A stretch of 63,763 bases of DNA, counting the filler, from Licmophora abbreviata (taxonomy: Eukaryota), in the NCBI GenBank assembly GCA_900291995.1. It is 12 parts of 12 records of this genome, joined end to end, with 100 filler letters (N's around TTAATTAATTAA, not from the genome) between each part and the next. Parts side by side here need not be neighbours in the genome. Positions count along the whole stretch, not along the records: positions 10,875 to 15,995 come from OLMU01003085.1; positions 16,096 to 21,769 come from OLMU01003086.1; positions 21,870 to 24,118 come from OLMU01003087.1; 9 more parts are not named here. One strand, 5' to 3'. The translations under genes were made by a program, and so were the position numbers. Numbering within the stretch: the first letter of the stretch is position 1; every line of letters starts with the position of its first letter. A model generated the notes under the pieces. That model did not search any database. It saw nothing but the letters and a program-made list of their open reading frames with translations, and was not told the DNA's origin. Shown in pieces: positions 11,772 to 23,084 of this stretch.

Positions 11772-12746
11772 TTACAACCCATTGTCTCGGAGTGCCTGTT
11801 CCAGTCCAAACTTCTTCTTCAAGACGGGGCGTACATCGTCATGCTGTTCCAGCTCATAGAGTAAGTCGGCGACCGCCGGCAGCGTATTGTCTTGTGGGTC
11901 TTGATAGAAGCTGGTGACCAAGATGCCATTGCTGGGGTTCTTCAAAAAGGAGTGAGGGTTGTTGTCTATTAGAACTGTCCGCTCTGCAGGTACGTCAAGA
12001 CAGCCGAGGTCCTTAATGTACATGCCATTGTCTTCGAGGCAGTGTTCCCGATACCAACGATTGGGAAGTTGAATGCCGTAGGTTTCTTCGAGCCGATCGA
12101 GAAGTGGTGCCGCGTATACACTCATGGCGGCTGTAAAAATATGCGTCTCGTAGCGGTCGGTGGTGTGCTGAAGGAACTCTTGCAAGAAGGGACGCTTGTG
12201 GACCTTAGCCCAGTCACCACCAGGAAGTGTGACATGAAAAGTGTCCACCATGGAAATGCCACAGTCTTCTGCCGACACGGGACCTGCATTTGTCGCTTTC
12301 GTTTGGAAGGCGTACTTGGCACTTTGGGGAGAGAAAAACTTGGAGTGCACGAGACACTCGTCCATATCGAGCACAACGATGAGGTCTGATTTGTACTCCG
12401 ACGATGGTACAGGGACGACCTTTTTGATCAGGGGGGAAGTGGTGCCGTTCGCGTCGTGGCCGGTGGTCCTGTTCCGTGTTGGTTGGTCAATCAAGTTGTG
12501 ACGTCTTGCAGCTGCTGCTTTGGCGATGGCTGGGGACAGAATTGAAGCGGCAGCTGTGGCTTCCTGATGTTGTTGCTGCTGTTGGTGCACATGATGCACT
12601 GGCCACGAGGAAAAGGAGCGAGCGACAGGATCATGCCCTGCAGCTGCACCGCCGAGCCGTACAGAAATCGCATACTGGTACCAGTATCGGTACCGGAGAA
12701 AGGCTGCAGATCTCGCTGAGAGACCCTGGCGAGGAACCGCTTGCAT
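11772..12746 (-). CDS. FCP1/SCP (NIF) family HAD phosphatase with a probable mitochondrial presequence
   Basis: Motifs VVLDMDECLVHS, KRPFLQEFL, IFTAAMSVYA, YREHC, YIKDL and VLIDNNPHSF..NPSNGI. The N-terminus is Arg/Ala/Ser-rich and nearly free of acidic residues. Confidence 0.88.
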   Translation of the reverse strand: MQAVPRQGLSARSAAFLRYRYWYQYAISVRLGGAAAGHDPVARSFSSWPVHHVHQQQQQHQEATAAASILSPAIAKAAAARRHNLIDQPTRNRTTGHDANGTTSPLIKKVVPVPSSEYKSDLIVVLDMDECLVHSKFFSPQSAKYAFQTKATNAGPVSAEDCGISMVDTFHVTLPGGDWAKVHKRPFLQEFLQHTTDRYETHIFTAAMSVYAAPLLDRLEETYGIQLPNRWYREHCLEDNGMYIKDLGCLDVPAERTVLIDNNPHSFLKNPSNGILVTSFYQDPQDNTLPAVADLLYELEQHDDVRPVLKKKFGLEQALRDNGL

Positions 12747-12920
12747 TTCAATTTACTTGGATATACACTGCGCGAGCAAAAGATAGACAAGGGGTCGAAC
12801 TAAATCAAACGGTAAGTCGAAAAGGATCAATGTCAGGCTCCAAGAACGTAAGAATCGACGACACAAACGCGAAGGCTGTCGCTTCGCCTCGGTTTTGTGT
12901 TGAACAGGCTGGTCTGCTGC

Positions 12921-12944
12921 AGATTTTTAGATTTTTAGATTTTT
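12921..12944. repeat. (AGATTTTT)3 tandem repeat in a divergent promoter
   Basis: Three exact 8-nt units between the phosphatase gene and ARV1. Confidence 0.8.
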
Positions 12945-13197
12945 GATCGCGAGGAGAGACTGTGGCCGTGCTTGCGCTTTCCGCGCCCGTGCGCGTGAGC
13001 CGTCGATTCGACTCATTCGACTTGTTTGGCCAACGAATGTCGCAGCGACAATTTCGCGACATTTGTCATTTTGTCATTTTGATCTGGGAAAGCTTTTGAC
13101 AACAAAATCAACAATCTGAAATCGACCGATCGACCTAATGAAAGACAAGACGACCTGCCCTGCTCTTCCCCTGCCCCCTTGTTCTCATCACACAAAC

Positions 13198-13995
13198 ATG
13201 CAAACGCCACAATTTCCAAGCTCCAGTACTACCATCTCACAGCAGTACTTCTGTGTTCACTGTGCCACGCCCTGCGATTCGCTGTATCGCCAATACACGG
13301 CCTCGGTGTCAAGCATCAAGCTCACGTCCTGCTCCCGTTGTGGATCAGACGTCGACCCCTACGTCGAGCGGGAATTACTGCTCATCGTTTTCGATTGTTT
13401 GCTACTGCGTATACAAGCATTTCGACATGTTCTCTTACATCGATTGACCTCCACTCGAGTCCTTCAGAGTCTCCTCGCGTCGAGTTTGTTGCACGCCTAT
13501 CTCAACTACGAAGCGTACCGACAGCAAGACCAGCCGCAAGGGGACCCGAATCTGTTCTGGATCTTGTGGGTGCAGTCAATGATGGAGACGGTGGTCTTTT
13601 GGGGGAGCTCAAGCGGTGTACTATGGTTTACCATGACAGGCTCTGAAAAGAGGACTGTCAGTCTACGATTGCTACTATTTTGGGCACTTTGTCTGCCCAT
13701 GGCGCTGCACGTCGTCACAATACTCGTGCTGGTCTGGGAGAATTCTGTCACGGTCAAGCAGCTAGCGAGTGTCTATGTTCTACTGATGCAGTACATGGGT
13801 CTACATATCGCTGTCACAACAACGGAACCATCGTCGAGGGCCAGCCCCAAGAGGCAGTTTCTTCCCATTGCTTTCGTGGTCGTCGCTAGCGGGCTCCTGG
13901 CGCGAGCTGTCGTGCGGCACCTCCTGTCCTTGCTGTTGCAACAACCAATGCCTTGCATGGGAATGGAATTGATGACACTATGCTTTATAACATAG
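13198..13995 (+). CDS. ARV1: ARV1 family ER sterol/lipid homeostasis protein
   Basis: Arv1 homology domain CVHC...LYRQY...IKLTSCSRC..VDPYVERE...DCLLLRIQAFRHVL followed by transmembrane segments. An alternative ATG exists at 13138. Confidence 0.88.
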   Translation: MQTPQFPSSSTTISQQYFCVHCATPCDSLYRQYTASVSSIKLTSCSRCGSDVDPYVERELLLIVFDCLLLRIQAFRHVLLHRLTSTRVLQSLLASSLLHAYLNYEAYRQQDQPQGDPNLFWILWVQSMMETVVFWGSSSGVLWFTMTGSEKRTVSLRLLLFWALCLPMALHVVTILVLVWENSVTVKQLASVYVLLMQYMGLHIAVTTTEPSSRASPKRQFLPIAFVVVASGLLARAVVRHLLSLLLQQPMPCMGMELMTLCFIT

Positions 13996-14036
13996 CAAAG
14001 ACGCTTTATCTATCACAACTTCACCAGCTGCTGCCC

Positions 14037-15896
14037 CTACTCGTCCTCTGCCACAACCGCCTCGTCATCATCTTCTTCTTCATCATTGTCTTTTCGAAAG
14101 AGACTGTCGCGAAAACAGTCAGGAGCACCGCGAACAAAGAATCGATGGTCCAACGCCTTGGGTAGCTGTAAAGGCGGAGACGAGGAACCAAGACTACTAG
14201 AGATTTCTTCCCATGCTGGTGAAACCTGCGGCAGTGTCGTAGGTGTTAGCAAAGCCTTGTCGTAAGAAGAGCTCTTATTGGACAAGTCCTGTCTGCCGCC
14301 ATATCCCACTTGAATGGCTTTGACCCATGAGTGCTCGTTAGTGGCAGGAGGCAACGGGCCGCACGGCCCGTACAACCGTCGTTCCTTCATTCCATCTGGT
14401 ACTCGCCTCGTCCAGAATCCCACCATGAAGGTTAACCGGTGAGGAGGGGAAGTCGAACCATGTATGCTCGTACCGTCTCCAGGACACGGCAACACGCCAT
14501 GGAGCAGGTTTCCGGGGAACAGCATGCAAGTGTTGTTGCGCGGGACGCTCGTCCATGCCCGCGGCGCCACGCTTGTACTACCGGGCGTCTGGTCTAGTAT
14601 AACGGTGGCACCCGTAGCATCGCCACCTGTCAAGTACAAGACGGAAGATAAGATTGGATGTGTTATCCTGCCATCGCTTGCCAACAAAGCTTCATCCGTA
14701 TCAAAGTGCAGTTGGTGGCCCAGGTTGGCCTGAACAGGTCGCGTGTGCGGCCACCACTCGGCACCAACAATATTGTCACCCTCATTGCGACTCTCCAAAA
14801 CTTGCTGAGCCAAGGGTAGCAAGGAATTGACAATAACGTCTTCCATCAAGTTGTTGGGGCTTTTTGATTCATCAATATCAAAATAGTACGAATAGTAGCC
14901 GCGGTGCGCATAGTCGCTTTCTTTCCAGTACCTGGCGTCGGGCGCGAGAACAAGACACAGTCGATCGTACAGTGCGTTGGGCAAGACTGAATGCGTGAAA
15001 CAGACGGGATCGTCTTTGGAAGGAGTCGAGTCGGATCGAATCATTGCATGCTGTTGGTGCAGCCACACCTTTGGATGTAGTCGATGTGTCAAGTCAAAGT
15101 GCCGCAGATGCGATAAGGCAGAGTCATGTTGCTGGAGGGTTGATCGCAACATGGCGGCCATGAATCGTGCTGTTGACTCAACAGCAGAACAGGAAAAGTC
15201 TGACTGGTCTTGATCCTTATCTTCTTGTCCCAAATGGCCAGTCTCTTCTGGCGCTCCATCCGATTCATCATCATCGTCGTCTTCTTCTTCATCACCGACA
15301 TACTCGACCCCTGCGATTGCATCCAACAAGAGGAGCTCAATCCACTCCTTGACATTATCTTTAACTGTGTCACTCTCCAATAGATCTAGCGCTTCTCGTC
15401 GGATCACATGAGCGCTCGTTGTGGCCTTCTCGTAATGCTCGGCAATCTTTCGCAATGAGGTCTGAGAGCGCATGCGTTGATAGTTCGCCTGCGTCGAGTG
15501 TGTCGCCGCATTCACATCACAGTGCCATAACGACTGCTGTAAGTGTTTCTCGATTTCCTGCTGCTGTTGTTCTGTATCATTGCAGGAGTCGATCGTCTCT
15601 GAAATCCGCACAGCTGCCAAATGATAGTGTGCTACGCTGGCCAACACGGGCAACAGTGACGCGATGGAGCTGAAAGGCCGATCAGGACGAAGATCATCAC
15701 TGCTGCTGCTCGCACACCTTAAATATGGAACTAGAATCTCCAGAAGCTCGACAAGCTCATCTATATCCCCGACATCATCTTCGCCACCGTTTTGTTGGTT
15801 AAGCGAGTCGAGAAAGTTTCGATAGTGATCCCATACAATTGACGCTATCTGATCTTCACTTTCTGTGTCCAGGCGACGCCTTTTTGGTGCACTCAT
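14037..15896 (-). CDS. Hypothetical protein with a C-terminal 2OG-Fe(II) oxygenase-like domain and an N-terminal NLS
   Basis: GHQLHFDTDE...SSVLYL...LFPGNLLHGV...RLTFMVGFW gives HxD...H...R. The protein starts MSAPKRRRL and has a helical N-terminal half with acidic tracts. Confidence 0.7.
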   Translation of the reverse strand: MSAPKRRRLDTESEDQIASIVWDHYRNFLDSLNQQNGGEDDVGDIDELVELLEILVPYLRCASSSSDDLRPDRPFSSIASLLPVLASVAHYHLAAVRISETIDSCNDTEQQQQEIEKHLQQSLWHCDVNAATHSTQANYQRMRSQTSLRKIAEHYEKATTSAHVIRREALDLLESDTVKDNVKEWIELLLLDAIAGVEYVGDEEEDDDDDESDGAPEETGHLGQEDKDQDQSDFSCSAVESTARFMAAMLRSTLQQHDSALSHLRHFDLTHRLHPKVWLHQQHAMIRSDSTPSKDDPVCFTHSVLPNALYDRLCLVLAPDARYWKESDYAHRGYYSYYFDIDESKSPNNLMEDVIVNSLLPLAQQVLESRNEGDNIVGAEWWPHTRPVQANLGHQLHFDTDEALLASDGRITHPILSSVLYLTGGDATGATVILDQTPGSTSVAPRAWTSVPRNNTCMLFPGNLLHGVLPCPGDGTSIHGSTSPPHRLTFMVGFWTRRVPDGMKERRLYGPCGPLPPATNEHSWVKAIQVGYGGRQDLSNKSSSYDKALLTPTTLPQVSPAWEEISSSLGSSSPPLQLPKALDHRFFVRGAPDCFRDSLFRKDNDEEEDDDEAVVAEDE

Positions 15897-15995
15897 TACC
15901 AATAAATGAACTTTCAGCTATTGCGGAGATAGATGAGACTAGTTGGGGCGCAACAGCAGCAATGGCGCGGATACACGGTGGACGGATGCGACGCG

Positions 15996-16095
15996 NNNNN
16001 NNNNNNNNNNNNNNNNNNNNNNNNNNNNNNNNNNNNNNNTTAATTAATTAANNNNNNNNNNNNNNNNNNNNNNNNNNNNNNNNNNNNNNNNNNNN
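15996..16095. other. Assembly spacer N44-TTAATTAATTAA-N44
   Basis: Identical 100-nt linker. Confidence 0.98.
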
Positions 16096-16151
16096 ATATG
16101 GATAAACAGGGAGCTAATTTGGAAATTTGCGAGCAAACTTTTGAAGCTGAA

Positions 16152-19100
16152 ATGATGAAAGATACGATCAAGATCCACACGAGGACTCGGTGTCGACTGC
16201 CCTCATTGCTCACGCTTCTCTTGGGGTTGTTCGGCATCTCGCCGGCGACCGTGCATGCATACTCGTGGTTTTCATCGAACAGTGCTCAAGACGAGCCACA
16301 GGACTCCCTGGTCTCGCCCATTGTCAATCGCGAACTGGAAGCGTCAGTGGTGGCGCACGGGTGGCCCTTTACTCGGCATAATGTCTTGTGCGAGGCTGCA
16401 CTGGGATACTATGAGGCTGACTGGAAAAAGTTCTTAGACAAATGGGTCGACTCTCTAGAAGAGAACGAGACAGAATCGTCTGTTTCAGAACTGACTGGAC
16501 AGGTACTCAACCTCGTGTCCGACAATAGGCAGGACCAGTCGCTCTTGTCGTATGGACTCGCTTTGCGTGCCTACAGCCCCCAATGTGAACTGCACCGTGG
16601 TCTGGCTAGAGAATTGATGGGTGGCAATGGCCTCTTAGCGGCAAATACAACAGTGAACGCCTTCGTCCATGCGATTCTGAATGATCGAGATGTGCTGATT
16701 ACCGATCCGAGCGGGAATGCGTCGGAGCTCGCACAGGATACACTGCGCTCGGTCGAACTTCTCCCGGGAGAAGTCCCATGGCAAGCTAATGTCGCTGAAC
16801 GTCGACCTTCGTTGTTTTGTATGCTAACATGGCTTCACCAGAATTCGTCGAAATGTACCGTGCGTTGTGCCAGGCTTCCGGCCTCGTCTCGTTTGTGGTT
16901 CGTCACTTGGGAAATGTCCAATACGAGACAAACGGAGGCGAAGCGACGATACTGCAGGGATATGGTGTACGATTGGATATTCGGAACGTTGAGTATCGAG
17001 TCTTTGATGACCGTGGCGGTGGAGGCGAATCGGACGAGAAATCGTACATGATTAATGTCACATCGTTGAATTCAACATTGGAGCATCAGTTTCTGGCCGG
17101 GATCAATCCATCGATGCTAACCGAAGACAACCAAACGGCCCTCGACGTCCAGGCAAAGCTATGGAAACTCCATGAAGCCAGGCAACTGCAGTCACAGCGC
17201 ATCCCTCCTAAGTGGCAGCGACGGCAGCTTTCGCTACAGGCAGCCAGTGCCATTGTGAACGCCAAAGACAACGGCAATTCCGATCCATTGTTGACGCTCC
17301 AGGACGTTTCACAGAACCTACCGTCGGTCGCATCGACGCTAGTACATCTCGACGTGTCATCGCCGGAGCTACTAGAATTGGCGGCTGCCATGGAGGAGCT
17401 CCTGCCGTCCAGTCGCGGAGCGATACTTTCTGTGAACGGCCGAAGAGTCCCGATTGATCGACCAAGTTTCAATGTCTTCGAACTATTTCATTTGATTAAA
17501 GAAGAGCAAAAAGAACTAGCGACCCTACAAGGCCGTCTTCAAATACTGCCTCAACCGGCTTTGAAAGAAATTCTTGCGGCATGGAGTATGGGCGAGGAGG
17601 CCTTGCTCGCGCTGGACGGCGACGGCGGCGACGGGCGAAGTAGTGATCAAGTGGTTCGAATCGATGTTGGACGTGGCTGGAAACGGTCGATCATGTATCT
17701 CAATGATATTGAAAAAGATGCACAGTATGCGGCTTGGCCACGGCAGGTTCAGCAGATGCTATTTGCTATGCAGTTCGGAGCTGCTCCTTCAGTGCGACGC
17801 AACATGTTCACCATCCTCGCCGTCATGGATCCTCTGGACGAATCATCCCCAGAACATGCGGCCCTTCTACTAGGATCACAGCTTATGCAGAGTTCATACC
17901 CTGCACGCTTAGGCGTGCTTCTGGTAAACAAGGAAGACTTGGACGCGTGCTCTGAATGGCTGATAAGTAACGAAATCGCCGACGAAAAAGTTCCATGTCC
18001 CGTCAATCCTTTGTTTGGATCCGCGACAATCTCCAGCGCAAACGATCTGGATGCTTTTTCTCTCACAACGCAGGGTTTACACCACTTGTTTGCGAGTGTA
18101 TGTGTCGAGCATGCAGGCGATGGCGTACCTCCTGCGTATTTACAGTATCTGCTCCAGATGATGGACCAACGTCGCCACCAGAAGGGAGGTCCGTTGAGTC
18201 TAAAGGATACTGTGCTGATTCACGCACGAGTGATGAGTGACCTGGGTGTCTTAAGTGAAGCCGAAGCCAAAGCGCAAGGGTTGCGTACTTTGATAGCTGC
18301 GCAGGATGTCAGCGATAGCACTGGAGACGCGCCGCTGTATGGTATGGCGTTGCGATTTGCTCTGAGCAGATCTATAACACCCGGCATGGGATTTGTGAAT
18401 GGGCGACCGCTTCCGACGGCATCGGACGAAGCGAGTCGAGAGAGAATTGGTCAGGTATTTTCGGAGGAGCAATCCCACATTATGAAGCTCATTATGGAGG
18501 GAGAGATTACGGACACAAGGTACGCACGGAGTGCGGTCGTGAAATTCATGATAATGCAAAACGCCACTAACGCCTCTTTGTCGAACTGTTCTCTCTACAG
18601 TCCTAAGTCTATCTACGCAAAGCTCCTCACCGGTGACAAGGTATACAAGAGGTTGCACCCCCTCATATCTGACGTCAATGCAGACAAGGCGTTCGTCTCG
18701 CTTCGACACGACTTCGAAGCCGACTCGCTCTTGTTTCCCAAATCAAATCGTTCAGCGAAGTTTCCAGAGGCTGTCTTTGTTGTGGAGGCCGTCGTGGACC
18801 TCGATTCAACGCGAGGTCGTGATCTGGCGAGAGCCTTCATTTCGACGTTGGATGCCTATCCAGCTGCGATTGGCGAAGGCGATGACGAAAGCCTCGTCTC
18901 CCTTGCGTATCGCATTCTTCCCAGCAGAGCGTCGGCTGCAGCGGTGCCACTATGCGCCATATTTTCGAAAGCGGCTCTCGTTGGCGCGTCATCGCTTACC
19001 GCACTTCTGAACTCCCTCCCCGACAAACCAGAAAGTATAATCGAGGCGCTCCCTAACATTTCCGATGACACGCGTTTGAAGATCATGTCGCAATTGGACT

Positions 19101-21345
19101 CATGTGGGGAGATCCCATATTTGAAAGAAAAGCTACCGTCCCACAATTTCGTATCGGCAAATGGGCACGTGTACTCGCTAGAGGATGGGCTTGTCGGAAA
19201 GGGGGACATCGAGTTGCTGCTGGCAATAGAACTCAAGAGAGCAAAGGCTGTTACAAAACTTCTGTCGCCACACCTCAGCTTCGACGACTCGTCATATTAC
19301 GACGCCATCGCGCAGTCGGCCGCTTTCCTGGCGCAGTCGCAAGGATCGGACGCGGAATCTCGGAACGACATTCAGATGACCGTTCGGGGCATGGAAGAGG
19401 AGATGCGTCTCGAATCGAATCCTTTTCGTTTTTCCTGGAACGACAGCAGTGAAAGTGATGAGCTTCGGGTACGCAATGTTGATGAAAGCTGCCGCCCATG
19501 TGTCAATGATGCGGGTTCACACTCTCACATCCTTTGCTGTCTTTTGCTATCAAATAGGTCCAGATCACGGCCGTTGCGGATCCAATATCAGAGGCTACAC
19601 AGCGAATGGCCCCGTTGTTGCGAGCATTGCGCGACAAACTCGAATTGCCGCTTACTCTGATCCTCGCTCCGCGCCGTTCGTCAGACGGGGATGACAAGGC
19701 ACCTATCACAAGCTACTACAGGTTTGTGGCTGATCCTCTCGCTTCTCCCGACGTCAGTCCACCAAAAGCGGTTTTCACAAACCTTCCGGTGAACCACGTT
19801 CTCACTCTCCGGATGGATGTGCCAGAGCCTTGGAACGTCCAACAGTCTCACTCGGTACAGGATACCGACAATCTTCGTTGCGACGTGCGATCGGGTTGCA
19901 GCGACGACACATATGGAACGGATAGTCCAGATGTGCCAGTCAATGACCGTAGGGACTTGACCAGTGTAGAATACGACCTTCGGAATCTACTTGTCTTTGG
20001 ACAGTGCTATGACGCGTCTAGTGGCTCCCCACCGAACGGTCTGCAACTCTCTCTTTCACACAAACCGGCAGCACTTCCGAGTCCGTTGACACGTGATGAA
20101 ATTGAAGTTGGCCAAGACGGCAGTATCATTGAAGGTGACGAAGATATGAATCCCCTCAAGTCTCTGCCTTCTCTCTACTCTGACACGTTAGTCATGAAGA
20201 ATGTCGGATACTGGCAATTGCGCGCGAACCCAGGCGTTTGGGATCTCAATATTGCCGCAGGCTCGCGTGGAGCCGAGATCTTTGATATGGTTGATGGAAA
20301 GGTCGTGAACCGAAAGTTGAAGGTCGTCGGTCCGGCGGCGAGCAACTCCACCATGACGATTGTAATGAATGGTTTTGTGAACCGAGGCGAGCTGCTGGTT
20401 GTGAAACGACGCCCTGGTTACGAAAAAGCGACTCTCTTCTACACATCGCCAGAGAAGGCGAAGCAAAGCGAAGAGAGCGAGACCATACACGTCTTCTCAT
20501 TAGCTACAGGCCATCTGTACGAGCGCTTTCTGAAAATCATGATGCTCTCTGTAACAAAGCGCACGTCTTCCAAGGTCAAGTTCTGGCTGTTTGAGAACTT
20601 CTTGTCGCCAACTTTCAAGGCGTCGGCGAGAAGTATGGCAGAGCGTATCGGATGCCAAGTGGAGTTTGTCACGTACAAGTGGCCAGAGTGGGTCCGGGCT
20701 CAGAGCGAGAAGCAACGCATCATCTGGGGATACAAGATTTTATTTTTGGATGTTCTGTTCCCTCTTGATGTCAAGAAGATTATTTATGTCGACGCCGATC
20801 AGGTTGTGCGGGGCGACCTCAAGGAGTTGTGGGACATGGACTTGGAGGGAGCTCCGTACGGCTACACACCGTTTTGTACGTCGAGGGAGTCTACGTTGGG
20901 CTTTCAGTTCTGGCGAAGCGGATTCTGGAAGAGTCACTTGGGGGATAAGCCTTACCACATCTCTGCGCTTTATGTGGTCGACTTAGAGAAGTTTCGACAG
21001 GATTTGGTGGGGGACATTCTGCGGTCGACGTACCAGCAGCTTTCGGCTGACCCAAATAGCCTGGCGAACTTGGATCAGGATCTACCAAACTACGCCCAGA
21101 GTCACGTTCCGATCTTTTCCCTCCCTCAGGAGTGGCTGTGGTGCGAGAGTTGGTGCTCGGACGAAACCAAGGCCACAGCCAAGACGATTGATCTGTGCAA
21201 CAACCCATTGCACAAGGAACCGAAAGTCTCCATGGCTCAACGAATCATTAGCGGGGAGCTCTTCAACGAATCATGGGTCGAACTTGATGCAGAACAGGAG
21301 CGCTACACTCAAGAATACTTTGCCAAGATACAATCTGAAAGCTGA
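16152..21345 (+). CDS. UGGT: UDP-glucose:glycoprotein glucosyltransferase (GT24), 2 introns, one apparent 1-nt frameshift
   Basis: Signal peptide; motifs LQGYGVRLDIRNVEY, DTLVMKNVGYWQLRANPG, HVFSLATGHLYERFLKIMM, YVDADQVVRGD and LANLDQDLPN. Introns 18520-18600 (81 nt, in frame) and 19469-19557 (89 nt). Frame break near 16797-16810. Confidence 0.95.
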
Positions 21346-21769
21346 TTTCCTAGTTGGTCAGCTCTCGCCTCGGAACTCCGTACCGACTTGAAAAGCGTGA
21401 CTAAGACTAACCAACTTTAGAGAATTCTGACTGGACCTTAAGAAGCTACCAGCCTAACAATAGAACGACGTTGAAATGCGCCCTTCATTAACTTACTGTA
21501 CACTGTAGCGTCGTTTTGCCACAGCGTCGACGACGTCGATTCATTCGCTACTGCAGTTCTCCGATTGACCTTTGCCCTAGTCGAGGGTGTCGCACGGACG
21601 GCTCGCTTGCGTAGAAACTTTCAGGTTACGTAGAATCACCTTTTTCTGGTATTGATGATGTCACACGTAGAATATGTACTGCGTGCAAAGAAGACCCTAG
21701 TCAGTTTACGTAACATCGATTTGGATGTCAAAAGTGTAAGGGATCGTTATTATTACCGACTCCTTCTAA

Positions 21770-21869
21770 NNNNNNNNNNNNNNNNNNNNNNNNNNNNNNN
21801 NNNNNNNNNNNNNTTAATTAATTAANNNNNNNNNNNNNNNNNNNNNNNNNNNNNNNNNNNNNNNNNNNN
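21770..21869. other. Assembly spacer N44-TTAATTAATTAA-N44
   Basis: Identical 100-nt linker. Confidence 0.98.
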
Positions 21870-21883
21870 TCGACCTCGACGAC

Positions 21884-22762
21884 ATGGGCTTCCTTTTCGT
21901 CAGCTATCATAGTGGAGAATCCTTGCTAGAAGCAATCATGAAGCCTTCCTTCGCAACTGATACCAGTCCCTTGCTAGGAGGACTAGGAAGTCCCTTTCTA
22001 GGAGGACTAGGAAATGATCATTGGCGTTTGCCTATTACCATTTCTTCTGGGGACGGGGATGAAGTGGATGACTTTAAACCCATGGATGCGGCGCTCACCT
22101 ACATAACCTTTCTGGGCGTGTTGTTTCTCTTGATTGGAATCCCGTTGTTTGCCGGCTGCTATGAGTCTTGTCGGGGTGGGGGTCGTCTAGTAGTCAATCG
22201 AGAGGGAGGTCGCGTTAGATTTGAGCTCGTCCAGCCGGGCTTACTATCGCGATCAGAAGTCTTGGCGCTACCGGAGATAGCGTACCATGCAATGATAACA
22301 GGCGAGGACGAATGCGCACCGACATTGACTGCCGCAGTCTACCAAGAGCCGGTGGATGCAGCTACGAAAATAACTGACAATGCTGAGGAAGTGCCGCACC
22401 AACTGACCGGTTCTCTGCACAGCGTGCCATTGGGATGTCCTGACGATGGCGAGACCCCCGAGTCAATACCAGCATCTATCGACAACGGCGACCTCGTGAA
22501 CTTGACCACTACCTGTTCTATATGTTCCATTTGTATACAAGACTTTGAAGAGGGCGAGCGGATACGAGTCTTGCCTTTGTGTCATCATGCCTATCATATT
22601 GAATGCATCATGCCTTGGTTGACCGAACGTCACGGTCAGTGTCCCATGTGCAAGGCTCGTGTTCTGGCCCCGCGACAAAGAAATCGGCGCGACACTGACC
22701 GCAGTCGAGGCAACGAGCAGCTTGAAGCGTCATGTCACGACACGCTAGATCATCCTGTGTAA
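21884..22762 (+). CDS. Transmembrane RING-H2 E3 ubiquitin ligase (possibly PA-TM-RING type, probably 5'-truncated by the gap)
   Basis: RING-H2 CSICIQDFEEGERIRVLPLCHHAYHIECIMPWLTERHGQCPMCK and one TM segment (ITFLGVLFLLIGIPLFAG). The frame is open back to the gap, and FLFVSYHSGESL resembles the end of a PA domain. Confidence 0.85.
   Translation: MGFLFVSYHSGESLLEAIMKPSFATDTSPLLGGLGSPFLGGLGNDHWRLPITISSGDGDEVDDFKPMDAALTYITFLGVLFLLIGIPLFAGCYESCRGGGRLVVNREGGRVRFELVQPGLLSRSEVLALPEIAYHAMITGEDECAPTLTAAVYQEPVDAATKITDNAEEVPHQLTGSLHSVPLGCPDDGETPESIPASIDNGDLVNLTTTCSICSICIQDFEEGERIRVLPLCHHAYHIECIMPWLTERHGQCPMCKARVLAPRQRNRRDTDRSRGNEQLEASCHDTLDHPV
21965..22012 (+). repeat. 24-nt coding tandem duplication (SPLLGGLG/SPFLGGLG)
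   Basis: agtcccttgctaggaggactagga followed by agtccctttctaggaggactagga. Confidence 0.85.
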
Positions 22763-23084
22763 GCACTATCATAGGACGCACCCGCACACATTGAACATGC
22801 AACCAAACGTAAGACGGATATTCGCCTCATTTAATCCATGATCTAAAGTTCACTCGAGTTTTTTCAGTTTGAAACGAGCGCGTGACGGGGCGCGGAATCG
22901 GAAAAAGTTCCCTCCAATGCCGTCCGTGATCCGTCCGGCGAGCGAGACCACAGCCACACAAAGAGACGACGATCAGACGAGTGGGGTACCGGTATGACCA
23001 CTCCCGTCAGAACAACGCCATCAGCATTCCCGTCACTGTCGTGTTCTTGTTTCAATCGTTTGCGGGTCCAAATTACCACGTAGC

